A DNA stretch of 52,112 nt from Acidobacteriota bacterium (GCA_028749235.1 JAQULS010000002.1:1-52112), one strand, 5' to 3'. Counted from the stretch's first letter, positions 1 through 9,137 are shown. Notes: generated from the sequence alone by a model not told the origin. Translations and numbers: made by a program.

Positions 1-87
1 GACCCGGCCCTGCAAGCGATGGACGAGGATTTTGAATGCTTCGACATCCTTAGACGCAGTCCGTCGCAGCAACTCCTCATCGGTCAT
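1..87 (-). CDS. ECF-type sigma-70 family factor, first 29 codons only (runs off window)
   Basis: Reverse-strand ATG at 87..85 opens MTDEELLRRTASKDVEAFKILVHRLQGRV, which resembles ECF sigma N-termini. The frame is open to the window edge. No clear SD. Confidence 0.4.
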   Translation of the reverse strand, partial: MTDEELLRRTASKDVEAFKILVHRLQGRV

Positions 88-181
88 CGAATCCAAATCT
101 TGGATTTCGGCGCTCCTCTGGTTCGGGTTTACAGACCACCCCCCTGCTCATTAGACACCGAAGCCGCCAATAAACTTGCGC

Positions 182-466
182 CTAATGCAAATCCGGGGCT
201 GCTTCTTCGCGCAACCGGCGGATGATTTCCGTGATCGCCTCGAGATCGGGGAAAGAGATGGCCTTCTCGGGGCAGAGATTCTCGCAGTTGTTGCAGCCGA
301 CGACGCATTCGAAGGGGTTCTGGACAATAACGGCGGACGAGCCGCTGTCCCTGGCGTATACGCCATGGGGACAGAAGTCCAGGCATTTGCCGCAGCCATT
401 GCACAGCTCCGCGGCCACGACAGGAAACCAGGGGATTTTTTCCCGCGGCACGGCTTTAGGCGTCAT
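182..466 (-). CDS. 4Fe-4S dicluster ferredoxin-domain protein
   Basis: Two Cys clusters, CNGCGKCLDFCP and VVGCNNCENLCP. ATGA overlap with the arsC stop (463-466). Confidence 0.8.
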   Translation of the reverse strand: MTPKAVPREKIPWFPVVAAELCNGCGKCLDFCPHGVYARDSGSSAVIVQNPFECVVGCNNCENLCPEKAISFPDLEAITEIIRRLREEAAPDLH

Positions 467-921
467 GACCGGCCTCCTTGACCCTGCTTCGATTCCCGGG
501 CTACTGCGTTTAAAAGGAACCCCTCTACAGTCTTCCGGATATCATCCCGGATGTGGCGAAAAACAGTAAGGATTTCATCCGGCGTCCCCGTCGCCAGGGC
601 CGGGTCGGGGAATCCGATGTGTTCCCGCCGGACGCCGCCGAAAAAGAGCGGGCACGTTTCGTTGGCTCCGTCGCAAAGAGTAATGACGAAGTCGAACGTT
701 TGGCCCGCGAACTCATCCATCGATTTGCTCCGGGCTTGGGCATGATCGATACCGAGCTCGGCCAGGACCTCAAGCGCCTCCTGTCGCGGCGCCGCGGGGG
801 CCGTTCCGGCGGAAAACGCCGCAAAGCGGTCGCCCAAATCGTGATTGACCAGGGCCTCGGCTATCTGCGACCGGGCGCTGTTGGCCGTACATAGAAAGAG
901 GACCTTTTTTCGTTTCATCAT
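463..921 (-). CDS. arsC: Arsenate reductase, LMW-PTP / thioredoxin-coupled type
   Basis: CX5R P-loop LFLCTANSARS plus downstream LCDGANETCP cysteines. Start chosen at MMKRKK (921), preceded by GAGGA. Confidence 0.85.
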   Translation of the reverse strand: MMKRKKVLFLCTANSARSQIAEALVNHDLGDRFAAFSAGTAPAAPRQEALEVLAELGIDHAQARSKSMDEFAGQTFDFVITLCDGANETCPLFFGGVRREHIGFPDPALATGTPDEILTVFRHIRDDIRKTVEGFLLNAVARESKQGQGGRS

Positions 922-962
922 TATTCCTCGTCTATTTGAGTCTGATGGAAAGGAGGGCTCCT

Positions 963-1547
963 TCAAACCCCCTTCGGCCTATCGGCCCCGCCGGGGCCAC
1001 CTGCCGCCATTATTTCCGAAGGAGTCCATCCCGGAACAAGGCGATCCACGAGGACGCCGACCAGGATGAACACCGGAAGCGAAATCAGGACCCGGGCCAA
1101 CGAAAAGGGCCAACCCAGAAACCCCACTTCAAACGCTAACATGGGAATCTTTAGAGTCGAAAAAGCCCCCAGGTAGATGAAGACGTTGCGGGCCGAACAG
1201 CCCTTGCGGGCCAGCCCAATGGCGACGGGAAAAGCGCCATAGAGCGGCCCGGCCTGCACTGTCCCCAGGATGATCAGCCAAGGGACGGCCTTCCAACCCG
1301 CCTCGCGGCCCAGATAGCGCTCGATGGAGGCGCGGGGCACCCAAACCTCGAAGAGGCCGACCAGGATGAACATGGCCGGGAGGATGCCGGCCATTTCGGC
1401 AAGAAATCCCAGACTGGAACGTCCGACCCGATCGCCGAACGAGAACGCCGGCCATAGCCGCGAAGCGCCCCAGAGGGCTACGACCGCGCCGGCGAGGATC
1501 CAAGGCCAAGCCTTCTTCAGGCCGACGAGGGCCTTTCGCACGGTCAT
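963..1547 (-). CDS. Membrane permease subunit (half-size, UPF0718/DUF318-like)
   Basis: Polytopic hydrophobic protein starting at MTVRKAL. ATGA overlap with the upstream half-permease. The N-terminal 133 codons of the tracked 327-aa ORF are Arg/Gly-rich and were rejected. Confidence 0.65.
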   Translation of the reverse strand: MTVRKALVGLKKAWPWILAGAVVALWGASRLWPAFSFGDRVGRSSLGFLAEMAGILPAMFILVGLFEVWVPRASIERYLGREAGWKAVPWLIILGTVQAGPLYGAFPVAIGLARKGCSARNVFIYLGAFSTLKIPMLAFEVGFLGWPFSLARVLISLPVFILVGVLVDRLVPGWTPSEIMAAGGPGGADRPKGV

Positions 1548-2014
1548 TTCAGCACCGCCGCCATCCCCAAGGCCACGGCCGCTGCCGCTAGCCAAGACAG
1601 GAGGTTGCGCCAGAGAGCGGCTTTGCGGCCGAAGAATCGGATCTCCATGGGCAACGTGACAACGCCCACCATCAGCAGGCTCGTGACAAATACCGCCAGA
1701 ACGGCCGTGGAGACGCCGTGGGCCCGCAGGATTCCGGCCAAGGGGAAGGCCACGAACCCGGGGATCAGGGCGACCGCTCCAACCGCCCATCCGGCAAGGA
1801 AAGGAAGCGGCCCTCTTCCTCCGAATAGGGATTCGAGAGCCCCCGGATTCAAGGCCGACAGGATCAACCCTACGGCGGCGATCATGGTCACGAGCGTCGG
1901 GACGAGCTTGATCAGCATCCGAACGCCGAAGCGGATGCCCGCCCAAGTCCGGCGGCGATCCGCCGCTAGCGAGAGCAGGAGCGCCCCCGCGGCAAAGATA
2001 AGCAATCCCTTCAT
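1544..2014 (-). CDS. Membrane permease subunit (half-size, partner of 963-1547)
   Basis: Hydrophobic protein of about 156 aa starting at MKGLLIF. ATGA overlap with the cupin stop at 2011-2014. Confidence 0.65.
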   Translation of the reverse strand: MKGLLIFAAGALLLSLAADRRRTWAGIRFGVRMLIKLVPTLVTMIAAVGLILSALNPGALESLFGGRGPLPFLAGWAVGAVALIPGFVAFPLAGILRAHGVSTAVLAVFVTSLLMVGVVTLPMEIRFFGRKAALWRNLLSWLAAAAVALGMAAVLK

Positions 2015-2343
2015 TCCACCGGCTCTCCTTCGGCCTTGTCCCGGCACAGAACGGCCAGAACGCGGGCCGGAGATTCTGCTGTCATACTCCGTGTAGCTCC
2101 GCGGCCCGGAATGTAAACGGCGCCGGGAGCGTCAACGATGGAAGTCGAGTCGTCTGTCGTAAAAGTCACCCGGCCGGACATCACGATGAAGACCACGTCC
2201 TCCTGCATTCGGCAAGGGGGAATAGAACCGCCTGCGGCAAGGTCGATCCGACGAATTTTGACTCGCCCTTCATCCAGGAGGACGTCAACGACCGGTTTGC
2301 CCTGCCCCGGCCGGAAGGAGGAATCCAATTGCAACGTTTTCAT
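2011..2343 (-). CDS. Cupin-domain protein
   Basis: 110 aa with a small beta-barrel-like pattern (DVVFIVMSGRVTF...GAVYIPG). Translationally coupled within the ars-side operon. Confidence 0.65.
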   Translation of the reverse strand: MKTLQLDSSFRPGQGKPVVDVLLDEGRVKIRRIDLAAGGSIPPCRMQEDVVFIVMSGRVTFTTDDSTSIVDAPGAVYIPGRGATRSMTAESPARVLAVLCRDKAEGEPVE

Positions 2344-2402
2344 AGGTTTTCTTCTTTCGACCCCACGGCCTTTTTAATCCGAGCAGGAACGCCGCCGGAG
2401 GG

Positions 2403-3662
2403 CTAGCGGCGGCGTTTGAAAATCAAACGGAAAGTCCCCGGCATATCCGCCAGGGTGCCGTTCATGAGGTAGAAATAGGTCGTGATCCAATTGGCCAGGA
2501 TCATGGCGATCCCAAACAGGAACATGCCGACGCTGAGAAGAGCCCAGCCCGAGAAGACGTTGCCGACGACGCATCCGGTCGCCAATCCCGCCCCCACGCC
2601 TACCAGGAATCCTCCCCCCGCCGCCGTCACAACCTGGCTGGGAGGCTTCGGAGACAGCCGGATGCGGCCCGACAAGGACGCCGCGGCTAGTGCGCCAGAG
2701 AAAAGCCCGCCCGTGACAAGCACCAACCACCAGGTGATCTTCTTGGCTCCGGCCGCGACCTTGGACGGAGTCGGGGAAGCCGGTTGCGAGGCGGCGACGG
2801 GCGGACCAAAGACATGAACGAACTGGTTATCCGTGACGAGCTCCTGGATGTTGAGAACGCCATGGGTGATGCCGATTGGATAGTTGCGCCCCGAGGCGGC
2901 CGAAGAGATCAGGGAGAGGGCGACCATGACACCGATCGCCAACCCAGCCTGCCAAGGCTTCCACGGTCTCGTCAGCAAGGAGCTTTTCGTCCCCGAGCCG
3001 GAGCCGCCGGACGGACTCGATGCGGTCCGGCGACGGAAGAGGATGGCGAGGAGCACGGTTCCAGCGGAGAGAATCGCGGCCCAGGCCCAGAACGGCATTC
3101 CGGTCAATGACGGCAGGGTCACGGGACCGCCGCTTGATGAAACCGATTTGACGGATTTGAGTGCCCCGCTGATCTTCGTCAGAGGGCCGTGCTCGACAAA
3201 GGCGATCCCCGCGGGGATCGTGAGGAGAGCGACGATCGAATTCAGATTGCCTCCAGCCGCCTTGTAGAGGCAGCCGCTGATGCACCCGCCGGCAAGCACT
3301 GTTCCGGTGCCAAAGATCAAGCCGCCCAGGATATAGCTAGCCCAAAGTAAAGGCTTGGGCGCAAGGGTCACCCATCCCACCGCCTGGGCGGCGGCGAAGA
3401 GCGACATGGCTGTAACGATCGCCGTCCAAAGACCGAAGGATTTCCGCCCGTCGCGCATGAGCAGGACCTCGCTGAAGGCTGAGGCCCCGCAGAGATCGCC
3501 CTTGGCCAAGAAGAATCCGAATAATTGTCCGACGGGAACGGCCGTCCAAATCCACTGCCGAGTCATCACCGCGGCCAGAAGAAAGCCCAGCGCGGCCAGA
3601 ACGTTCAGCCAGAACAGGAACCATCGCGGACGGCGGTCGAAGTCTTTCTCGGATGCAATCAT
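2403..3662 (-). CDS. YeeE/YedE family sulfur-compound transporter-like membrane protein
   Basis: Two conserved Cys-loop motifs, GGCISGCLYKAAGG and ATGCVVGNVFSG, in a polytopic protein. Confidence 0.8.
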   Translation of the reverse strand: MIASEKDFDRRPRWFLFWLNVLAALGFLLAAVMTRQWIWTAVPVGQLFGFFLAKGDLCGASAFSEVLLMRDGRKSFGLWTAIVTAMSLFAAAQAVGWVTLAPKPLLWASYILGGLIFGTGTVLAGGCISGCLYKAAGGNLNSIVALLTIPAGIAFVEHGPLTKISGALKSVKSVSSSGGPVTLPSLTGMPFWAWAAILSAGTVLLAILFRRRTASSPSGGSGSGTKSSLLTRPWKPWQAGLAIGVMVALSLISSAASGRNYPIGITHGVLNIQELVTDNQFVHVFGPPVAASQPASPTPSKVAAGAKKITWWLVLVTGGLFSGALAAASLSGRIRLSPKPPSQVVTAAGGGFLVGVGAGLATGCVVGNVFSGWALLSVGMFLFGIAMILANWITTYFYLMNGTLADMPGTFRLIFKRRR

Positions 3663-3671
3663 TGGGGCCCT

Positions 3672-4697
3672 CTAAAAAATAAGGTTGAACATGAATCCGA
3701 CAATCATGATACCTGTCGCGACAATCCCGAAGAAGGTCAGAAGAAGAGGGATTTTAAGCACCTTGCGAAGGATGACGGCCTCTGGGAAGGACAAGCCGAT
3801 GACGGCCATCATGAAGGCCAAGGCAGTGCCGAGCGAAGCGCCCTTCTCGAGCAGGGCTTGGACGATGGGGATGATGCCCGCGGCGTTGGAATAGAGGGGC
3901 ACGCCGATCAGGACCGACAACGGCACCGACCACCAGGCCGACTTGCCCATGATCGAGGCCATGAAGTTCTCCGGAACATAGCCGTGGACAACGGCGCCGA
4001 CCGCGATCCCGCCGACGACGTAGGGCCATACTTTGCCGACGATTTCCCGGACCGCGGTCTTCCCCGCCGCGACCCGGTCAGCGAAGGCGGTCCGGCCTTC
4101 TTCCAAGGAGGACGCGCCGCCTTTCATCTCGTAGACCCACGGCTCGACCCATCTCTCCAGCCGCAAGCGGCCGATGACCCAGCCGGCCAGGATCGCGATC
4201 GTTAGGCCGGTGGCCATATAAAGCAAAGCCGTTTTCCAGCCGAACAAACCAAAGAGAAGGACGACGGCGACCTCGTTGATCATGGGCGCCGCGATCAGGA
4301 AGGAGAACGTGATCCCCAGGGGTATGCCGGCTTCGACGAAGCCCAGAAACAGCGGCACGGCCGAGCAGGAGCAGAAGGGGGTGACGATGCCCAGGGCGGA
4401 GGCCATGACGTGGCCCAGGAAAAGAGAGCGGCCCTCGAGCAGCTTCCGCGTCCGCTCCGGAGCAAAATAGGTCCGGATGATCCCGATCACGAAGACGATC
4501 AGGACGAGGAGCAGGAGGACCTTGGGGGTATCGAAGAGGAAAAACCGGACCGATTCAGCCAGATGCCCTCCAGGCCGTAAGCCGAGCAGATTGAACGTAA
4601 GGGCCTTGGAAATCCATGCCAAGTTTGCATACAAGGCGACCCAGACACCGACTAAAACAATGGGAAGAACTATGCGAATTGGAGATCTTTTATGCAT
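3672..4697 (-). CDS. UPF0718/ArsP-like permease
   Basis: Polytopic protein with the TPFCSCSAVPLF motif typical of this permease family. Divergent from arsR. Confidence 0.8.
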   Translation of the reverse strand: MHKRSPIRIVLPIVLVGVWVALYANLAWISKALTFNLLGLRPGGHLAESVRFFLFDTPKVLLLLVLIVFVIGIIRTYFAPERTRKLLEGRSLFLGHVMASALGIVTPFCSCSAVPLFLGFVEAGIPLGITFSFLIAAPMINEVAVVLLFGLFGWKTALLYMATGLTIAILAGWVIGRLRLERWVEPWVYEMKGGASSLEEGRTAFADRVAAGKTAVREIVGKVWPYVVGGIAVGAVVHGYVPENFMASIMGKSAWWSVPLSVLIGVPLYSNAAGIIPIVQALLEKGASLGTALAFMMAVIGLSFPEAVILRKVLKIPLLLTFFGIVATGIMIVGFMFNLIF

Positions 4698-4711
4698 TGT
4701 TGCGGAGCCTC

Positions 4712-4740
4712 TTGAATATATGAAAATATTATCATATACT
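4712..4740 (+). promoter_or_regulatory. Sigma-70 promoter of arsR overlapped by a 7-8-7 inverted repeat (putative ArsR operator)
   Basis: TTGAAT (4712-4717), 17-nt spacer, TATACT (4735-4740). Inverted repeat TATATGA (4717-4723) / TCATATA (4732-4738). AT-rich divergent intergenic region. Confidence 0.6.
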
Positions 4741-4764
4741 AATTTTCTTCATGAGGTCAAGACG

Positions 4765-5154
4765 ATGATCGAGATGCTGAAAGTTTTCAAAGCCCTCTCT
4801 GACCGGACCCGTCTGCGAATCGTCCGGCTCCTGATGAAACAGGAGTTGTGCGTCTGCGAGATGATGTTCATCTTGAACTTGGCCCAATCCCGTCTCTCCC
4901 ATCAGCTCCGGATCCTGCGGGACGCCGGGCTGGTCGAAGACACGAGGGACGGCCAATGGATCATCTATCGGATCTCCCCCGGGACTCGGGCCATAATCGC
5001 CGAGCTTTTGGCGGTCTTCGCGCGGGATAAGGCAAATCGTCCGGACGAGGAAGCCGCGGACCGGAAAAAACTGAAGGCTTGCCTGGAGAAGGGCCTACGC
5101 AAGAAAAAGCCCCTGTCGCTGATGTCGGGACGGGAAGCGTCGGGCTCAATCTAA
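4765..5154 (+). CDS. arsR: ArsR/SmtB family metalloregulator
   Basis: ELCVCEM metalloid-binding motif, and the wHTH segment LSDRTRLRIVRLL...SHQLRILRDAGLV. Confidence 0.88.
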   Translation: MIEMLKVFKALSDRTRLRIVRLLMKQELCVCEMMFILNLAQSRLSHQLRILRDAGLVEDTRDGQWIIYRISPGTRAIIAELLAVFARDKANRPDEEAADRKKLKACLEKGLRKKKPLSLMSGREASGSI

Positions 5155-5169
5155 AAACAGGAGGATGAC

Positions 5170-5415
5170 TTGGATATTAAAGTTTTAGGCATGGGCTGCG
5201 CCCGCTGCCATGATCTCGAAAAGCGGGTTCACCAGGCTTTGGCCGAGGCCGGAGTGGCGGCCGAGGTCGAGAAAGTCGAAGACATCCAGAAGATCATGAC
5301 CTACCGGGTCATGGCCACCCCCGGCCTGGTCATCGACGGCGTCGTTAAGTCCGCGGGACGAATTCCTTCGGTCGAAGAAATCAAAAATTGGATTCAGGAG
5401 AAGAAAACCCAATGA
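5170..5415 (+). CDS. Thioredoxin-fold redox-active disulfide protein (small, cytoplasmic)
   Basis: 81 aa with the GMGCARCH CxxC motif. TTG start with AGGAGGA upstream. Confidence 0.8.
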   Translation: MDIKVLGMGCARCHDLEKRVHQALAEAGVAAEVEKVEDIQKIMTYRVMATPGLVIDGVVKSAGRIPSVEEIKNWIQEKKTQ

Positions 5416-5903
5416 ACGCCAAGAACATCATTTCCCTGCTCGGCATGGCCGCGGTATTGGTCTTCCTTTCGGCCGCATCCACGAACGCGTCCATGGCCTT
5501 CTCCCCTGAACCGGTCACACCTGAAGCGGCCGATTCCGGGCCGATATCTTCGGACCCGGCCCAAATCCAATCGGCAGCCGAGGGAACCGTCCTGGTCACC
5601 GACAACCTGAACATCGATTTTTCCAAGCACCTGGTCACTTTCATCGAGTTGGGCGCGGACAAGTGCATCCCCTGTAAAGCCATGCAGCCGATCATGAAGG
5701 AGATCGCCGCGGAGTATAAGGGCCAAGTCCAGGTCGTTTTTTACGACGTCTGGAAGAACCCGGAACCGGGCCGCAAGTACGGCATCCAGCTCATCCCGAC
5801 CCAGGTCTTCATCAACAAGGGCGGGAAGGAAGTCTACCGGCACACCGGGCTGTTTCCCAAGCCGGAGCTGGTCGCATTTCTGAAAAAGCAAGGCGTCCGC
5901 TAA
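5412..5903 (+). CDS. Secreted thioredoxin-family protein
   Basis: Signal peptide MNAKNIISLLGMAAVLVFLSAASTNA and the CIPC active site. ATGA overlap with the previous stop. Confidence 0.8.
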   Translation: MNAKNIISLLGMAAVLVFLSAASTNASMAFSPEPVTPEAADSGPISSDPAQIQSAAEGTVLVTDNLNIDFSKHLVTFIELGADKCIPCKAMQPIMKEIAAEYKGQVQVVFYDVWKNPEPGRKYGIQLIPTQVFINKGGKEVYRHTGLFPKPELVAFLKKQGVR

Positions 5904-5918
5904 GGGATCGGCGGCATC

Positions 5919-6608
5919 ATGAACGGCCTTTTCGGCGACGTCGCCCTGCTTCTCCAGAACAATCCCTGGCTGGCGGTCGTCGCGGTTTTCTTCGGCGGCG
6001 TCACCACGGCGCTCAATCCCTGCGTTCTGGCGATGATCCCGCTCTTGATGAGCGTCGTGGCAGGCAATCGGGAAACGACGACCGTGAAGCGCTCGCTGGT
6101 TTTCTCCCTGTTTTTTGTCCTGGGCTTGGCCGTGACTTTCACCGTTCTGGGCCTCATCTCCGCCCTCCTCGGCCGCATGTTCGGAGACATCGGCGCCTTC
6201 TGGAAATACATCGTCGTTGCGGTTTGCCTGGTCATGGGGCTTCACTTGTTGGGCCTGTTTCCGTGGAAGCTCGGCTTTTCAACAGGCATCCGGGTTCACA
6301 AGCGTGGCTTCCTGGGCGCTTTCCTGCTGGGGCTTCTTTTCGGCGTCGTTTCGACCCCCTGCGCCGTTCCCATACTGGCCGTGCTGCTGGCCTTCGTGGC
6401 CGAGAAAGGGAATGTCGTCTACGGCGGATTCTTGCTATTCGTCTACGCCCTGGGCCATTCGGCCCTCATCCTCGTCGCCGGGACGTCCGTCGGCGCAGCC
6501 AAGGCCCTCTTGGAGTCCAAGGGGCTGAGGAAAGCCCACGGTGTCATCCAGAAAATCGCCGGCATACTGATCATCGGCATCGGGCTGTATTTCCTGTTCG
6601 GGAAATAA
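5919..6608 (+). CDS. ccdA: Cytochrome c biogenesis / thiol-disulfide electron transporter CcdA (DsbD core)
   Basis: Conserved PC motifs LNPCVLAMIPLL and STPCAVPILA in a 6-TM protein. Confidence 0.85.
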   Translation: MNGLFGDVALLLQNNPWLAVVAVFFGGVTTALNPCVLAMIPLLMSVVAGNRETTTVKRSLVFSLFFVLGLAVTFTVLGLISALLGRMFGDIGAFWKYIVVAVCLVMGLHLLGLFPWKLGFSTGIRVHKRGFLGAFLLGLLFGVVSTPCAVPILAVLLAFVAEKGNVVYGGFLLFVYALGHSALILVAGTSVGAAKALLESKGLRKAHGVIQKIAGILIIGIGLYFLFGK

Positions 6609-6714
6609 ACCCGCTCGATACCCCGGGCTAAAGCCCGGGGTATGAACAGGGTTAATACTGAGCGGCGCTCATGACCCCGATTTGAAAATCGGAGTTTCAG
6701 CGCCGCGAACGTAT
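6609..6714 (+). repeat. Copy A of a ~106-nt two-hairpin intergenic element
   Basis: Near-identical to 49132-49237. Hairpin 1 at 6618-6643 (ATACCCCGGGC/GCCCGGGGTAT). Hairpin 2 has outer stem GCGGCGCT (6662-6669) / AGCGCCGC (6699-6706) and inner stem CCGAT/ATCGG. Starts immediately after the ccdA stop. Confidence 0.85.
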
Positions 6715-6753
6715 GACGCCGATGCGAGCAAACGAATCGAAAGGAGACGCGTT

Positions 6754-7809
6754 ATGACTCCCGGGAACACTCGTCTCAAGCTGCTGGATCGTTACCTGAC
6801 CCTGTGGATCTTCGCGGCCATGGCCGTCGGCGTCGGCCTGGGCTACTTCGTCCCCGCCATAGTCGGGTTCATCAACAAGTTCCAATCGGGGACGACCAAC
6901 ATCCCCATTGCCGTCGGCCTGATCCTGATGATGTACCCGCCCCTGGCCAAGGTGAAATACGAGGAACTGGGCGACGTCTTCCGCAACGGCAAGGTCCTGG
7001 CGCTGTCTCTTGTCCAGAACTGGATCATCGGTCCGATCCTGATGTTCGGGCTGGCCGTCGTCTTCCTCCATGGCTATCCCCACTACATGTACGGGCTGAT
7101 CATGATCGGCCTGGCCCGCTGCATCGCCATGGTCATCGTCTGGAACGAGCTGGCCCACGGCGACACGGAATACGCGGCCGGACTGGTGGCCTTCAATTCC
7201 ATCTTTCAAGTTTTGTTCTTTTCGGTTTACGCCTACGTCTTCATCACCGTCCTGCCCGGCTGGTTCGGGCTTAAAGGGACGGCCGTCGCCATCACCATCG
7301 GCCAAATCGCCAAGAGCGTTTTTATCTACCTGGGCATCCCCTTCCTGGCCGGGATCATCACCCGGTTCACGATGCTCAAGCTCAAGGGCAAGGCCTGGTA
7401 CGAGACCAAGTTCATCCCCCGCATCAGCCCCATTACGCTCATCGCCCTGCTCTTCACCATCATCGTCATGTTCTCGCTCAAGGGCGAGTACATCGTTAAG
7501 ATCCCGCTCGACGTCTTGCGGATCGCCGTTCCTCTCGTCCTCTACTTCGTGATCATGTTCCTGGTCTCGTTCTTCATGAGCCGCAAAATCGGCGCCAACT
7601 ACGCCAAGACCGCGACCCTCTCCTTCACCGCCGCCAGCAATAATTTCGAACTGGCTATCGCCGTGGCCGTGGCCGTCTTCGGCATCAATTCGGGCGAGGC
7701 TTTCGCCGCCGTCATCGGCCCGCTCATCGAGGTGCCGGTCATGATCGGCCTGGTCAACGTGGCCCTCCGCCTGCGCAGGCGCTGGTTCGCCTCCGAGGCC
7801 GGGGCGTAA
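6754..7809 (+). CDS. acr3: Arsenite efflux transporter, ACR3 family
   Basis: [21 protein letters not shown] and [11 protein letters not shown] regions typical of Acr3. Start chosen at MTPGNTR, preceded by AAGGAG. Confidence 0.9.
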   Translation: MTPGNTRLKLLDRYLTLWIFAAMAVGVGLGYFVPAIVGFINKFQSGTTNIPIAVGLILMMYPPLAKVKYEELGDVFRNGKVLALSLVQNWIIGPILMFGLAVVFLHGYPHYMYGLIMIGLARCIAMVIVWNELAHGDTEYAAGLVAFNSIFQVLFFSVYAYVFITVLPGWFGLKGTAVAITIGQIAKSVFIYLGIPFLAGIITRFTMLKLKGKAWYETKFIPRISPITLIALLFTIIVMFSLKGEYIVKIPLDVLRIAVPLVLYFVIMFLVSFFMSRKIGANYAKTATLSFTAASNNFELAIAVAVAVFGINSGEAFAAVIGPLIEVPVMIGLVNVALRLRRRWFASEAGA

Positions 7810-7829
7810 GACCCTCCGAAGGAGATCCC

Positions 7830-9137
7830 ATGGCTGAAGGCGGACGAAATAGGGACGAGGCCGCGATCCGCTCGGCCGCGGCCGGGGCCGACCGGCCTAC
7901 TCCCCGCCGCTTCTTGAGGGCTGGCGGGGGCCGGATCGTCCTGCCGGCCGACCTGGCTAAAAAGATCGGCGCATCTGCCAGCGCCCGCTTGGAAATCCGG
8001 GAGCGCGATGGACGGCTCGAGATCCGCCCCAACATCCACAGCCTTTCCCGCCTCTATATCGAACCGACGTCCCGCTGCAACCTGGCCTGCCGGACCTGCA
8101 TCCGGAACACGTGGCGAGAGCCGATGGGCGACATGTCCTGGCTCTTGTTCCAGCGGCTCGCCTCCCAGCTCGGTGCGTTTCCCCATCTGGAATCGGTCAT
8201 GTTCGCCGGATTCGGCGAGCCGACCGCTCACCCGGACATCCTGCGCATGATCCGGGCCGTCAAACGCCTCGGCCTGCGAACTGAGATCACGACTAACGGG
8301 ACGCTCCTCGATGCGGCCATGATCGACGGCCTGCGGCGGGCCGGATTGGATGTCCTGTGGGCCTCCTTCGATTCCGCCGGCGAGGCCGGCTTCGAGGACA
8401 TCCGGCGCGGGGCCAAGTTCCGGCCGGTTGTCGCCGCGCTGCAATCGCTCCAAGCCGGGAACGCCAAGAGTCGCCACGCCATCAAGATCGGGTTGTCCTT
8501 TGTCGTCATGCGCCGCAACGTGACCGATCTAGGGGCACTGGACGACCTGGCCCGGCAGATCGGCGCCGACAAGGTCCTGGTCAGCAACATCCTGCCGTAC
8601 TCGGCCGAGATGGAAAAGGAGATGCTCTGCTCCCTGACCCTGTCCACGGGAACGTTCGCCGCCGCGCCGGCCAAGACGGAAGTCCGCTTGCCCCGTATGG
8701 ACGTCACCCCCGCGACCCGGGAAACGATCCTCCGCCTCCTGCGCGGGTACGAAAATCTCAATCTGATGGGCAATCCCATCTTCGCCGAGACGAACCACTG
8801 CCGCTTCATCGAGGGCAGGACGACCTTCGTCCGCTGGGACGGAGCCGTATCCCCGTGTATGGGGCTCCCGCACGGGTATAAGACTTTTCTTTATGGGTAC
8901 GAGCGGAACATCAAGCCTCACGAATTTGGCAATATCGGCCGCAAGTCGCTGGGCGCAATCTGGCGCTCTCCGGCTTATCAGAGCTTCCGGGAGAAGGTCC
9001 GCGACTTCGACTTCGCGCCTTGCCACATCTGCGGCGGATGCAACCTGTTGGAATCAAACGAGGAAGACTGCCAGGGCAACGGATTCCCCGCCTGCGGCGG
9101 ATGCCTCTGGGCTCAGGGCGTCATCCAGTGCCCGTAG
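7830..9137 (+). CDS. Radical SAM / SPASM-domain enzyme with N-terminal AbrB/SpoVT-like domain
   Basis: CX3CX2C (CNLACRTC, 8076-8099). C-terminal Cys-rich SPASM-like tail CHICGGCNLL...CQGNGFPACGGCLWAQGVIQCP. N-terminal RIVLPADLAKKIGASASARLEIRERDGRLEIRP resembles a swapped-hairpin AbrB fold. AAGGAG RBS. Confidence 0.8.
   Translation: MAEGGRNRDEAAIRSAAAGADRPTPRRFLRAGGGRIVLPADLAKKIGASASARLEIRERDGRLEIRPNIHSLSRLYIEPTSRCNLACRTCIRNTWREPMGDMSWLLFQRLASQLGAFPHLESVMFAGFGEPTAHPDILRMIRAVKRLGLRTEITTNGTLLDAAMIDGLRRAGLDVLWASFDSAGEAGFEDIRRGAKFRPVVAALQSLQAGNAKSRHAIKIGLSFVVMRRNVTDLGALDDLARQIGADKVLVSNILPYSAEMEKEMLCSLTLSTGTFAAAPAKTEVRLPRMDVTPATRETILRLLRGYENLNLMGNPIFAETNHCRFIEGRTTFVRWDGAVSPCMGLPHGYKTFLYGYERNIKPHEFGNIGRKSLGAIWRSPAYQSFREKVRDFDFAPCHICGGCNLLESNEEDCQGNGFPACGGCLWAQGVIQCP

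Noticed and set aside
98-120. Hairpin AATCCAA-GAT-TTGGATT as terminator of the arsC-ferredoxin operon
   Set aside because: The stem is a short 7-bp AT-rich helix with a 3-nt loop and no T-tract. It also lies just upstream of the putative sigma-factor ATG at 87, so its role is ambiguous.
1548-1946. 133-codon N-terminal extension of the 963-1946 ORF
   Set aside because: It overlaps the upstream half-permease gene out of frame and has Arg/Gly/Pro-rich composition. The internal MTVRKAL start is ATGA-coupled to the upstream stop.
5394-6245. 283-aa minus-strand ORF across the thioredoxin/ccdA region
   Set aside because: It is antisense to CxxC thioredoxin and CcdA genes with clear motifs. The product is Asp/Arg/Gly-rich and featureless.
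6682-6753. N-terminal 24-codon extension of acr3 from the tracked ORF start
   Set aside because: The extension lies inside the repeat element (hairpin 2) and has no RBS. The internal ATG at 6754 has an AAGGAG site and matches the usual Acr3 N-terminus.
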